A stretch of 64,000 bases of DNA from Aquificota bacterium (GCA_015486015.1 WFSL01000022.1:43746-107745); one strand, 5' to 3'. Shown: positions 8,784 to 18,208, counted from the stretch's first letter. Notes: generated by a model from the sequence alone, not told the origin. Translations and numbers: made by a program.

Positions 8784-10517
8784 TCATTCCACGAACAGGT
8801 CTACTATTTGAAACTTCTCCACGTCCACCACCCCTAAGTCGGTGATCTTGAGCTGAGGGATCACGGGGAGGGCCAGAAAGGAGAGGGCCATGAAGGGGTT
8901 CTCTAAGGTGGTGCCTAATGCCTTGGCACTCTGGTGGAGAATCCTTACTTTCCGTGCCACTACCTCTAATGGCTCCAAGGACATGAGACCGGCCAGCGGC
9001 AATGCAAGGGAGGCAACCACTTTCCCCCCCTTCACTACTACCAACCCCCCTTTCATCTCCTCAATGGCCTTCACCGCTGCCAGCATCTCCTCGTCAGATG
9101 TGCCAACCACCACTACATTGTGGGAGTCGTGGGCTACACTGGAGGCCAAGGCACCCTCTTTTAGCTCAAATCCAGAGACTAAACCCACCCCCACATTCCC
9201 TGTACCGTGGTGCCGCTCCACAACCGCTATTTTCAGGATGTCTCTGGAGGGGTCTGCACGGACCTCTCCGTCCTCAATAGTGACAGGTGATGTCTCGGCC
9301 TCAGTGACGATCTGGTTTGGTATCACCCTGATCACCCTTGCACTCCTTCCCTTGGCCGGTATGGAGAAGGGCCTGGGGGGTAACCTCGTGTGGAAAGATG
9401 AGGGGCAGGCCTCTGGTAGGGTGCTATCCACCTCCTCCAGCAAGGCGCCATTCTTTGCTACCACTCTCCCTCCCTTGATTACATAGATGGGGGAAAAATC
9501 CTTAAGGTCTTTCAATACAACCAGATCTGCTATGTACCCAGGAGCAGCAGCCCCCCTCCTCTTCAGATTGAAGTAGAAGGCGGGGTTAAAGGTGGCCATA
9601 CGTACGGCCAGATTCGGTGCTATCCCCATGTATACAGCCTTCTTCAGGAGGAAGTCCATATGGCCTTCCTCCAGCAGGTCTTGGGGGTGTCTGTCGTCAG
9701 TGACCAGCATGAAGCGGGAAACCCCAAAGGCCCTCACCAGGGGGAGGAGGGCGGACATATTCTTTGCAGTGGAACCCTCCCGGATCTGGATGTACATCCC
9801 CCTTTTGAGCTTCTCCTCTGCCTCCTTCAAGTGTACACATTCATGGTCTGATGAGATCCCTGGGGCTACATAGGCAGAAAGCTCATCTCCCCTAAGCCCA
9901 GGGGCATGGCCATCTACTCTTTTCCCCTTTTCCAGTGCCAGGGCTATCTTGCTTAGCACTTCTGGGTCCCCACGGATCACCCCTGGGAAGTTCATCACCT
10001 CCCCTAAACCTACCACCCTTGGGTGATCTAACAGCGTCCTTATCTCCTCTGGTCCTAAGATGGCCCCTGAGGTCTCTAAAGGGGAGGATGGGACGCAGGA
10101 TGGGGCGGTGAAAAAGACATCCACGGGGAGATCCTGGGTGATCCTCAAGAAATAGAGGACCCCCTCCAGACCCAGCACATTGGCGATCTCATGGGGATCG
10201 CATACCAGGGCTGTGGTACCATGAGGGAGGACCGCCTTGCAGAACTCCCTTGGAGACACCAGGCTGGACTCCAGGTGTAGATGGCCATCTATGAAGCCAG
10301 GGGTAACATAGGCCCCTTTCAAGGGGATGGTCTCTCTGGCGGGGAAGTCCAATCCTATGCCGGCTATGTATCCCTCTTTGATAGCAATGTCTCCCCGCTC
10401 GATCTTTCCTGAGAAGACGTCCAGGATCTGTGCATCCTTCAGGACCAGGTCAGCAGGCGCCCTCTTTGTGGCAGTATCCACAAGCCTCTTCATCAAGGGT
10501 ACATCCATCGGTGGCAC
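8784..10517 (-). CDS. ade: Adenine deaminase
   Basis: 577 aa amidohydrolase with PGFIDGHLHLESS and CDPHEIANV motifs. The length is typical of Ade. Confidence 0.85.
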   Translation of the reverse strand: MPPMDVPLMKRLVDTATKRAPADLVLKDAQILDVFSGKIERGDIAIKEGYIAGIGLDFPARETIPLKGAYVTPGFIDGHLHLESSLVSPREFCKAVLPHGTTALVCDPHEIANVLGLEGVLYFLRITQDLPVDVFFTAPSCVPSSPLETSGAILGPEEIRTLLDHPRVVGLGEVMNFPGVIRGDPEVLSKIALALEKGKRVDGHAPGLRGDELSAYVAPGISSDHECVHLKEAEEKLKRGMYIQIREGSTAKNMSALLPLVRAFGVSRFMLVTDDRHPQDLLEEGHMDFLLKKAVYMGIAPNLAVRMATFNPAFYFNLKRRGAAAPGYIADLVVLKDLKDFSPIYVIKGGRVVAKNGALLEEVDSTLPEACPSSFHTRLPPRPFSIPAKGRSARVIRVIPNQIVTEAETSPVTIEDGEVRADPSRDILKIAVVERHHGTGNVGVGLVSGFELKEGALASSVAHDSHNVVVVGTSDEEMLAAVKAIEEMKGGLVVVKGGKVVASLALPLAGLMSLEPLEVVARKVRILHQSAKALGTTLENPFMALSFLALPVIPQLKITDLGVVDVEKFQIVDLFVE

Positions 10518-10663
10518 CTCTTTTCGCCCTTTTTCATAAGGAAACTCCCTGAGAGAGGTATGCTATTGTAAAAGGCCTTGTCAATGGTGCATTCTTGATC
10601 GATAGGCACGAAAATGGTTATAAATACAAGAAGTTCAGCCAGAGAAATTGACGAGCTTGTTTG

Positions 10664-11128
10664 ATGGATCAAGTTCGGTGGCGTGGGAGTATGGGGTTGA
10701 AGGGTGAGCACCTGGAAGCTGTATTCTCAGGCATGAGAAGGGTGAGGCCTGCCTTTAGGAAGTTGTTTAGCCTCTCCTCGGATTTGAGCGATATGGAAGT
10801 GGCGATCTTGGGCAAGATGGTGGATCGAGGGGTGAGGGAGGTCTCTATTAGGGACCTCTATGATGATCTGAGCCCTATACGCCCCAGTAAACTCACCCAG
10901 GTGACCAATCGCTTGGAGGCAAAAGGTCTGATCAAGAAGGAGAGGGACTCCCGGGATAGGAGACGCATCAATGTAGTGATCACCCGGCAGGGTCGGCGAG
11001 AGTATGAAAGGCTCCAGGAAAAGATGCGCTCCATCCTCTATGGGGCTATTCAGGATCTCAGCAGTGAGGAGTTGGATCTGCTGGCCAGATCCCTTCAGAT
11101 ATGGGAAAGGGCCCTGGAGAGGTTGTAG
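10664..11128 (+). CDS. MarR family transcriptional regulator
   Basis: About 154 aa with a winged-HTH core (IRDLYDDLS...VTNRLEAKGLIKKERDSRDRRRINVVITRQG). Divergent from ade. Confidence 0.8.
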   Translation: MDQVRWRGSMGLKGEHLEAVFSGMRRVRPAFRKLFSLSSDLSDMEVAILGKMVDRGVREVSIRDLYDDLSPIRPSKLTQVTNRLEAKGLIKKERDSRDRRRINVVITRQGRREYERLQEKMRSILYGAIQDLSSEELDLLARSLQIWERALERL

Positions 11129-11201
11129 GGCCCAACCTCGGGACAAGTCTTCTGAATAATTCCCCTGAACAAAGGCTGAAGGTTGCTTGGGCAGATAAGG
11201 T

Positions 11202-12173
11202 TTATCGGTATCTTATACGCGGGTCAATCAGGGCGTAGGAGATATCTGCCATAAGGTTGCCCAGGAGGGTGAGAATGGCTCCTATAGTGAGTATGCCCAT
11301 AATAGTGGGATAGTCCCTGGCTAAGGCCGCTTCATAGAAGAGCTGGCCCATTCCTGGAATGGCGAAGATGGTCTCGAATATCACGGATCCTCCGATCAGG
11401 GTGGGCACAGAGAGACCAAGGAGGGTGACGATGGGTAAGAGGGAGTTTTTGAGCGCATGCCGTCTGATCACCTGATCCTCTCTCAACCCTTTGGCCCTGG
11501 CGGTGGTGATATAATCCTGACTTAGCACCTCCAGCATGCTCTGTCTCATGTAACGGGAGAAGCCAGCCAATCCCCCGAAGGCCGCCACGAAGACGGGAAG
11601 GATGATATGCTTCATCCTATCCCACCACAGAGATAGACCATGGAGCTGCTCGGCGTTGAGTGACTCCAGTCCAGATATGGGAAGGAGGTGGAGCTTTATC
11701 CCAAACAGGATCATGAGCAATAGGGCCAGCCAGAAGGAAGGAGTAGAGAAGCCTATAAAAACAAAGACGGTAAGAGATCGGTCTAAGAGGGAGTTTCTTT
11801 TCATGGCTGAGACAATGCCTATGGGTATGGCTACCATGAGGATCAGGATCATGGAGAGGAGGTTCAGGCCTAAGGTGATGGGGATGCGCTCAGCGATCTT
11901 CTTCGATACGGGTTTCCCGTCTACAAACGATGTACCGAAGTCCAACCTTATCATCCTTTTCACCCAGAGGAGGTACTGGATAGGGAGGGGCTTATCCAGG
12001 CCATATATCCTCTCTAACCGCTTCACTGCCTCCGGCTTCACCTTGGGATTGAAGGCCCCCTGGTAGAAAGTTGGATTGCCTGGCGCTAAGCGGATCACAA
12101 AGAAGGTGATGAGGGTAATCCCGAACAATAGGGGTATCATGGAAATGAGCCTTTTCAGCACGTAGCCCAGCAT
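11202..12173 (-). CDS. Opp/Dpp-type ABC transporter permease (OppB/DppB-like), orphan
   Basis: [35 protein letters not shown]-terminus and a polytopic body. The ATG at 12173 is preferred because the ORF-track extension is encoded by the transposase inverted repeat. No partner permease, ATPase or binding protein is adjacent. Confidence 0.75.
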   Translation of the reverse strand: MLGYVLKRLISMIPLLFGITLITFFVIRLAPGNPTFYQGAFNPKVKPEAVKRLERIYGLDKPLPIQYLLWVKRMIRLDFGTSFVDGKPVSKKIAERIPITLGLNLLSMILILMVAIPIGIVSAMKRNSLLDRSLTVFVFIGFSTPSFWLALLLMILFGIKLHLLPISGLESLNAEQLHGLSLWWDRMKHIILPVFVAAFGGLAGFSRYMRQSMLEVLSQDYITTARAKGLREDQVIRRHALKNSLLPIVTLLGLSVPTLIGGSVIFETIFAIPGMGQLFYEAALARDYPTIMGILTIGAILTLLGNLMADISYALIDPRIRYR

Positions 12174-12179
12174 TGTTTT

Positions 12180-12206
12180 GGGGTCAGGTCTTGAATTTGG
12201 CAAATT
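12180..12206. repeat. Left inverted repeat (REP-like) of the RAYT element
   Basis: GGGGTCAGGTCTTGAATTTGGCAAATT. It contains the transposase stop codon (12184-12186) and ends 6 nt from the permease ATG. Confidence 0.8.
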
Positions 12207-13050
12207 CTTTGGCCTTTCTGAAGGCCTTGCTGACGGTAGAATAGTGCAGGCCTAAGAATTCTCCCACTTCTTTTAAGGTGTATCCATAGTCGTTAACGGC
12301 CTTATAAATGAGGGCGTTTCTGGCCTTCTTTTCTTTCCCACCTATGGAGAAGAGCTGTTCCAAAGTGGGCCTGGTTGCCAGGCGCTGAATTTTGGGTATT
12401 TCTCTCTCATCCATCTTTTCTTCTAGATAGGGCTTAAGATCCTCCACGAATCCTTCGCTACCCAGGAAAACTCCACTTTCCAGTTGCTCCCATACTTTTA
12501 CACCTTTCCCCTCTGCTACAAAATGCTCGTAAGCCTTTTGGGCATCTGTTCTCTTTTTCGAGAATTGTCCCAATATCCAATCAAGCGCAAGAAAAGCCGG
12601 CGCTTCTTCTCTGCCAGCTGTGGCCTTATAGCTGCTCCACTTCCAATCTCCGGGATGAGAGACAAGTCCGGCCCTTACCGGGTTCAGGACTACATACCTG
12701 ATAAGCTCCAGAAGATAACCTTCCCTTTGCACAATAATCGCTTTGTATCTTCCCTGAAAGAGATGCCCCACCCGTTTATGCCTCCGGTTGAAGATCTGGG
12801 TGTATACTCCATTTAGTTGACGCATCCCTTTGGATAGATTGGCATCGGGTGTCTCAACAACCAGGTGGTAGTGATTGTCCATTAGACAATAGGCGTAACA
12901 AAGCCATCGATACCTCTCTATTACGTCAGCGAGGGTGTCGAGAAAGTCTTCTCGGTCTCCATCATTTAAGAATACGGGTTGCCTTGCATTACCCCTTGAA
13001 GTGACATGATAAAGGGCACCTTCAAATTCTATTCTTAATGGCCGGGCCAT
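12184..13050 (-). CDS. IS200/IS605-superfamily HUH Y1 transposase (REP-associated tyrosine transposase-like) with a C-terminal DnaA domain-IV-like HTH
   Basis: 288 aa. HUH motif in [11 protein letters not shown] and catalytic Tyr context [14 protein letters not shown]. The C-terminus ([26 protein letters not shown]) resembles the DnaA C-terminal DNA-binding helix. Confidence 0.8.
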   Translation of the reverse strand: MARPLRIEFEGALYHVTSRGNARQPVFLNDGDREDFLDTLADVIERYRWLCYAYCLMDNHYHLVVETPDANLSKGMRQLNGVYTQIFNRRHKRVGHLFQGRYKAIIVQREGYLLELIRYVVLNPVRAGLVSHPGDWKWSSYKATAGREEAPAFLALDWILGQFSKKRTDAQKAYEHFVAEGKGVKVWEQLESGVFLGSEGFVEDLKPYLEEKMDEREIPKIQRLATRPTLEQLFSIGGKEKKARNALIYKAVNDYGYTLKEVGEFLGLHYSTVSKAFRKAKEFAKFKT

Positions 13051-13070
13051 GATTTAAAATTACCATGAAA

Positions 13071-13096
13071 AATTGTCAAATTCAAGACCTGACCCC
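13071..13096. repeat. Right inverted repeat (REP-like) of the RAYT element
   Basis: AATTGTCAAATTCAAGACCTGACCCC, 21 nt upstream of the transposase ATG. Confidence 0.8.
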
Positions 13097-13136
13097 GAGG
13101 CCAATGCATGGGCCTTTTGATATAGGGGTTTTCTAT

Positions 13137-13165
13137 TTGACACCTATCTTGGGGGGTCCTTAATA
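13137..13165 (+). promoter_or_regulatory. Candidate sigma70-type promoter of the selenium operon
   Basis: TTGACA (13137-13142), 17-nt spacer, TTAATA (13160-13165), about 45 nt upstream of the first gene. Confidence 0.3.
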
Positions 13166-13208
13166 CTCAGCTTGAGAATCAGGATAAGCGCTTTGCTGAG
13201 AGAGGTCC

Positions 13209-13436
13209 ATGATGGGTAAGCGTCTTTTGACTTTTGTCAACACCCACACTGTGATCAAGGCTGAAAGGGCTTTGAGGATGCTGGGTTTTGATGTGGAGGT
13301 GGTTTCTACCCCTAAGGAGATAAGCTCTGAGTGTGGGATGTCCCTTTTGCTGAAGGGTGATCAGCTTCAGGAGGTTTTGGACGCTTTGAGAAGGGAGGGC
13401 GTCGGGGTGGTGGGTGTCTATGAATGGAGCCAATGA
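13209..13436 (+). CDS. DUF3343-like small protein (putative Se/S carrier-like)
   Basis: 75 aa with a conserved-looking core (FVNTHTVIKAERALR...GMSLLL). It sits directly upstream of the desulfurase/YedF/SelD genes and overlaps the next gene. Confidence 0.6.
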   Translation: MMGKRLLTFVNTHTVIKAERALRMLGFDVEVVSTPKEISSECGMSLLLKGDQLQEVLDALRREGVGVVGVYEWSQ

Positions 13437-14589
13437 GAGAGATAGGGTGATTTACCTGGACAATGCGGCTACCACTTTCCCCAAGCCCCCATGTGTTTGG
13501 GAGGCGATGGAGAAGTGTTTCTTCCAGATAGGGGGCAATCCGGGGCGTTCTGGTCACCGCCTATCTTACAAGGCTGCAGCCGTCCTCTTCGACACGAGAG
13601 AATCCTTGGCCAAGCTGTTTCATATAGGTTCGTCTGAGAGGATTGCCTTCACAAAGAATGCAACAGAGGCCATCAATGTGGCCTTGTTTGGTTTGTTGAG
13701 GCCTGGGGACCGGGTAGTGACCACGGCCATGGAGCACAACGCGGTGATGAGGCCCCTGCGCCATCTGGAAAGGTCTAAGGGAGTGCGGATAGATGTAGTG
13801 CCTGCCAATGCCCAGGGGATGGTGGACTTGGAGGCAATGGCTCGGGCCTTAAAGGAGAAGGCAGACCTCTTGGTGGTGAATCACGCCTCTAATGTGGCTG
13901 GGAGCCTGGTAGACTTGGTGGAGGTGGGTTCTTTGGCCAGGGATGCAGGGGTCCCCCTGATGGTAGACGCTGCCCAGACGGCGGGCTGCTGCCCCATAGA
14001 TGTGGAGGCCATGAACATTTCTATCCTGGCGTTTACTGGCCATAAAGGCCTTCTTGGCCCTCAGGGGACTGGGGGGCTTTACGTGGCCCCGGGATTGGAA
14101 CCTTTGCCTTTGATTATGGGGGGCACGGGGTCCAACTCTGAGCGGGAGGAGCAGCCCAGATTCTGGCCTGATGCCCATGAGAGCGGCACCCCTAATGTGG
14201 TGGGGCTTGCGGGTCTTGGGGCGGGGGTAGAGTACGTGATGGATAAGGGCATAGAGGCTGTTAGGGGCCATGAGGAGAGGTTATTTAAACGCTTCTGGGA
14301 AGGGGCCCGGGGTATCCCCGGTCTTTTGCTTTATGGCCCCTCCAGGTGGGAGGAGAGGGTGGCTGTGGTTTCTGTGAATTTGGAGGGGAGGGACCCTGCC
14401 CGGGTTGGCCATAGGCTGGATAGGGATTTTGGTGTTATGGTGAGGGCAGGACTCCACTGCGCCCCTTCTGCCCACAAGTTCCTGGGTACCTTTCCTACTG
14501 GGACAGTACGGGTGGCCTTTGGCCTTTTCAACACCTTGGATGACGTGGACATTGCTTTAGAAGCCCTTGAGGCCATTGCCAGGGGGTGA
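13414..14589 (+). CDS. Class V aminotransferase, cysteine desulfurase / selenocysteine lyase-like
   Basis: YLDNAATT N-terminus, PLP-lysine context FTGHKGLLGP, active-site Cys in RAGLHCAPSAH. The start is ambiguous (GTG 13414 or ATG 13420). Confidence 0.8.
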   Translation: MSMNGANERDRVIYLDNAATTFPKPPCVWEAMEKCFFQIGGNPGRSGHRLSYKAAAVLFDTRESLAKLFHIGSSERIAFTKNATEAINVALFGLLRPGDRVVTTAMEHNAVMRPLRHLERSKGVRIDVVPANAQGMVDLEAMARALKEKADLLVVNHASNVAGSLVDLVEVGSLARDAGVPLMVDAAQTAGCCPIDVEAMNISILAFTGHKGLLGPQGTGGLYVAPGLEPLPLIMGGTGSNSEREEQPRFWPDAHESGTPNVVGLAGLGAGVEYVMDKGIEAVRGHEERLFKRFWEGARGIPGLLLYGPSRWEERVAVVSVNLEGRDPARVGHRLDRDFGVMVRAGLHCAPSAHKFLGTFPTGTVRVAFGLFNTLDDVDIALEALEAIARG

Positions 14590-14592
14590 ATC

Positions 14593-15186
14593 ATGGAGAA
14601 GGTGGTAGATGCCAGGGGGCTGGCTTGTCCCCAACCTGTGCTCATGACCAAGGAGGCCCTGGAGGAAGTGGAGGAGGGCATCATCACTGTGCTGGTGGAC
14701 AATGTGGCTTCCAGGGAGAACGTGAAGCGCTTTGCCCAGCGCATGGGTTGCACGGTAGAGGTTTTGGAGAAAGATGGGGTCTTTGAATTGAGGGTAGTCA
14801 AGGGTTATACTTGTGTGTTGCCCCATGTGCAAGAGGCGAGTGAGAAGGCAAAAGATGGTCCAGTCATCCTCATCACCTCTGACAAGATAGGGGATGAGGA
14901 AGAGCTGGGTCGTCTGCTTATGAAAGGGTTTATTTCTACCTTAAGGGAGGCCACCCTCAGGCCTTCCAAGCTCCTTTTTATGAATACAGGGGTGTTTCTC
15001 ACTGTGGAGGGTTCACCGGTAATAGGGGCCCTGCAGGGGTTGGAGGGTATGGGGGTGGAGATCTACTCGTGTGGTACCTGTCTGGATTACTTCGGCTTGA
15101 AGGACAAGCTGGCCGTGGGCCAGATCACTAACATGTACGATACTGTGGAGAACCTCACGGGGGCCAGTCTGGTAGTGAGGGTGTGA
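14593..15186 (+). CDS. yedF: Selenium metabolism protein YedF (TusA/SirA-like N-domain + DsrE-like C-domain)
   Basis: 197 aa. [19 protein letters not shown] (CPxP motif), then a DsrE-like domain with [10 protein letters not shown]. Confidence 0.75.
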   Translation: MEKVVDARGLACPQPVLMTKEALEEVEEGIITVLVDNVASRENVKRFAQRMGCTVEVLEKDGVFELRVVKGYTCVLPHVQEASEKAKDGPVILITSDKIGDEEELGRLLMKGFISTLREATLRPSKLLFMNTGVFLTVEGSPVIGALQGLEGMGVEIYSCGTCLDYFGLKDKLAVGQITNMYDTVENLTGASLVVRV

Positions 15187-15205
15187 GTGTCTAAAGGGGA
15201 AGGCA

Positions 15206-16213
15206 GTGGCTGATAAGCTGAGATTGACCACAACCGTTAGGGCCTCTGGGTGAGGGGCCAAAATAGGACCAGGGGACCTGGTCCGGGTTTTGAGGTCCCT
15301 GGATATCCCCCAGGACCCCCACCTGCTGGTGGGGTTGGCCACAGGGGACGATGCTGGAGTCTATAAGATTAGTGAAGATCTGGCCCTCATCCAAACTATA
15401 GACTTTATCACCCCTGTGGTGGATGATCCTTTTCTCTTCGGCCAGATCGCTGCCGCCAATGCCCTATCCGATGTCTATGCGATGGGGGGAGAACCCTTAA
15501 TGGCCATGAATGTGGTGTGTTTCCCTACCTGTAAGCTGGAGATGGAGGTGCTGGAGAAGATCCTTGCAGGGGGGCTTGGCAAGGTGAAAGAGACAGGGGC
15601 CTTGTTGGTGGGTGGCCATTCGGTGGATGATCTGGAGCTTAAGTACGGGCTGGCTGTCACAGGGGCGATCCATCCCCAAGAGGTGGTAACTAACGCTGGT
15701 GCCAGGCCCGGGGATTTGCTTTTCCTCACCAAGCCCCTGGGTCTGGGTATTGTGGCTACGGCTATCAAAGGCGGTTTGGCAAGTCCTGCTGTGGCGGAGG
15801 AGGCGGGAAGTGCAATGGCTTCCTTAAACAGGGAGGCCTCCCGCCAGATGAGGAAGCGTGGTGTCCATGCCTGCACGGACGTGACGGGCTTTGGTTTAGT
15901 AGGCCATGGGCTTGAGATGGCTAAGGCCAGCGGGGTTACATTGGAAATAGAACTTGAGAGGTTGCCCATCATAGAAGGGGTCCTGGAGTATTCCTCTATG
16001 GGACTCATTCCCGCCATGGCTTATGAAAACCAGGAGTCTTTTAGGTCCTATGTGGATTACGTTCGGGATCCAGGTGAGTTAGAAATTCTCCTTTACGACC
16101 CCCAGACCTCTGGGGGACTCCTCATAGCCCTACCCTCTGATAAGGCTCAAGGCTTCCCTTGGCCCTGTATAGGAAGGGTGGTAAAGGGGGATGGTAGGTT
16201 CCGGGTGGTGTAA
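15206..16213 (+). CDS. selD: Selenide, water dikinase (selenophosphate synthetase), a selenoprotein with in-frame UGA
   Basis: The ORF track begins at 15290. The same frame is open upstream to 15179 except for TGA at 15251-15253. A GTG at 15206 (SD GGGGAAGG 3 nt upstream) gives VADKLRLTTTVRASG-U-GAKIGPGDLVRVL, matching the SelD N-terminal G(U/C)GxK active-site loop. The rest is a typical SelD (LLVGLATGDDAGVYKI...). Confidence 0.85.
15251..15253 (+). other. In-frame UGA selenocysteine codon of selD
   Basis: It falls at the position of the catalytic Cys/Sec in the SelD motif GxG(C/U)GxK. Confidence 0.8.
15260..15291 (+). promoter_or_regulatory. SECIS-like hairpin downstream of the selD UGA
   Basis: The upper stem GGACCAGG (15266-15273) pairs with CCTGGTCC (15277-15284) around a GGA loop. 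The lower AAAA/TTTT stem is 15260-15263 with 15288-15291. The stem starts 13 nt after the UGA and the apical loop is G-rich. Confidence 0.6.
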
Positions 16214-16250
16214 GGGAGAAATTTTGATCAATCAAGGGCTTGTGCAAGGC

Positions 16251-17120
16251 CTAATCCAGCCCCCTTCGGAGCCAGCGGGCCTCCTCCATAATGGCCTCTA
16301 AGGTATCCCAGGCCTCTTTCTCCAGGAGTCGTTCTATCTCCTTTGAGGTGGCGTGAAACCTGCGCATGAATATGAGGATCTGATCCCTATTGAGTCGAAA
16401 TATCTCCCTCCACATGTGTGGGTTGCTTGCAGCAATCCGGGTGAAGTCCCTGAAACCCCCGCCTGAATATCTCAGGAGATCTCCTAAGTCCTTCTCGGCA
16501 TCACCCATGGCCTTCACTAAGGCGTAAGTGACAGCGTGAGGGAGGTGGCTGATGGCGGCAAAGACGGTATCGTGGTAATGGGGGTCCATCTCCTCCACCC
16601 GTGTGCCCAGGGCCTCCCAAAAGGAGTGCACCAGCTCCAGGGCCCTTCTGGGGGTTTCTTGGATGGGTGTGAGGATGACCCGAGCACCTACAAAGAGGTC
16701 CTTCAGGCTGTGCTCCACTCCAGATTTCTCTGTGCCTGCTATAGGGTGGCCCCCTACAAAGGGAATGCCCCTATCCCCCAAGAGGGAGGTCAGTTCCTCT
16801 ACCACGGGCCCTTTCACGCTGCCTACATCGGTGACCACCGTGTCTCGGGTTAATAGTGGGAGGAGTTCTTCCACTATCTCCCGGAAAGAGTCTAAGTGGG
16901 TGGCCAGGATGATTAAGGTCTTGCCTGGAGGTAGGGGTTCGGCTGGCGTAAAACCCTCTTGGATGAGGCCCATGGCCAGGGATTTCCTCATGGTCTCGGG
17001 GTCCTTGTCCAGACCTAAGCGCATCTTGGCTACCCCAGCCTCCCGAGCGGCCTTGAGAATGGAGCCTCCCATAAGGCCCATGCCCACTACCAAAAGGTTG
17101 TCTACCAAGTGAGGTCTCAA
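16251..17120 (-). CDS. tyrA: Prephenate (arogenate) dehydrogenase
   Basis: 289 aa. VVGMGLMGGS Rossmann motif plus GGHPIAG, SHLPH and GGGFRDFTRIA motifs. Confidence 0.85.
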   Translation of the reverse strand: MRPHLVDNLLVVGMGLMGGSILKAAREAGVAKMRLGLDKDPETMRKSLAMGLIQEGFTPAEPLPPGKTLIILATHLDSFREIVEELLPLLTRDTVVTDVGSVKGPVVEELTSLLGDRGIPFVGGHPIAGTEKSGVEHSLKDLFVGARVILTPIQETPRRALELVHSFWEALGTRVEEMDPHYHDTVFAAISHLPHAVTYALVKAMGDAEKDLGDLLRYSGGGFRDFTRIAASNPHMWREIFRLNRDQILIFMRRFHATSKEIERLLEKEAWDTLEAIMEEARWLRRGLD

Positions 17121-18208
17121 GTTGCCAGTACCTCTTTTAGGGCCTTCAGAAAGAGGGCATTCTCTTCGTGGGTGCCCAGTGTGACCCGGATATACTCAGG
17201 TAGACCGTAGCCTCGCATATTTCTCACAATGATGCCCTTTTTTAGGAGCTCTTTGAAGACCTTGTCTCCATCCCCTACCTTTATGAGGAAGAAGTTGGTC
17301 TCGCTGGGAACGTATTCCAGCCCCATCTTCTTCAGTTCGGGATAGAGGAAGGCCTTCCCTTCTCTTACGAGGGCTTTGGAATGCTCTACGTGCTCCTCAT
17401 CATCCAGGGCGGCTATAGCTCCCTCCTGGGCTAAGAGATTAACATTGAAGGGCTGACGCACCCGGTTCATGTAGTCCACCATCTGGGGAGGGGCAATGCC
17501 GTAACCTATGCGTAGACCTGCCAGGCCGTATATCTTGGAGAAGGTGCGCATGAGAACTATGGGACGTTTCTCCTCCAGGACTAAGGGCAGAAGCTGGGGG
17601 AAATCTGGCCTATCCACGAACTCGATGTAGGCCTCGTCGAAGACCACTATGACCTCGAGGGGGAGTTTTTCCAGAAAGCTTATCACCTCTTTGTGGGTCA
17701 CCATGGTCCCTGTGGGATTGTTAGGATTGGCCACAAAGACCATCTTGGTCTGTCCATCCACGGCCTGGGCCATGGCTTCCAGGTTGTGAGTGAGGCCTTT
17801 TAAGGGAATGCCCACCCCCTCTATGGCCATGGCCATGGAGATGAGCCTGTACACTATGAAGGATGGCTCCCCATAGATCACCTTGTCTCCAGGTTGGAGG
17901 TAGGTGCGCATGAGCAGCTCTATCACCTCGTTAGAGCCGTTGCCAAAGATGAGGTGCTGAGGGGTTACCCCCAGTTTCTCAGCGACCTTATGCTTCAAGT
18001 AATAGCAGCTACCGTCTGGGTAGCGGTGGGTCTTGTACACGGCCTTTTTCAGGGTCTCTATGGCCTTTGGGGAGGGGCCTAAATTGTTCTCGTTGGAGGC
18101 CAGTTTGATAACCCTGGTGAGCCCCATCTCCCTCTGGAGTTCCTCTATGGGTTTGCCCGGATCGTAGGGCACCAGCTTTTTTATGCCATCGTGGACTTTC
18201 AGTTTCAT
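17117..18208 (-). CDS. hisC: Histidinol-phosphate / aromatic aminotransferase
   Basis: 363 aa class II aminotransferase. LASNENNLGPSP N-terminus and PLP-lysine context RTFSKIYGLAGLRIGY. 4-nt overlap with tyrA. Confidence 0.85.
   Translation of the reverse strand: MKLKVHDGIKKLVPYDPGKPIEELQREMGLTRVIKLASNENNLGPSPKAIETLKKAVYKTHRYPDGSCYYLKHKVAEKLGVTPQHLIFGNGSNEVIELLMRTYLQPGDKVIYGEPSFIVYRLISMAMAIEGVGIPLKGLTHNLEAMAQAVDGQTKMVFVANPNNPTGTMVTHKEVISFLEKLPLEVIVVFDEAYIEFVDRPDFPQLLPLVLEEKRPIVLMRTFSKIYGLAGLRIGYGIAPPQMVDYMNRVRQPFNVNLLAQEGAIAALDDEEHVEHSKALVREGKAFLYPELKKMGLEYVPSETNFFLIKVGDGDKVFKELLKKGIIVRNMRGYGLPEYIRVTLGTHEENALFLKALKEVLAT

Larger units (their letters stand above)
12180..13096 (-). mobile_element. 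917-bp single-gene element: RAYT-like Y1 transposase bracketed by inverted repeats
   Basis: GGGGTCAGGTCTTGAATTTG at 12180-12199 is the exact reverse complement of 13077-13096. Similarity extends to about 26 bp. The repeats tightly bracket the only gene. Confidence 0.7.

Noticed and set aside
12170-13110. Target-site duplication flanking the RAYT element
   Set aside because: The bases immediately outside the two repeats (gtttt / gaggc) do not match. This is consistent with Y1 transposition chemistry, so the absence is not evidence against mobility.
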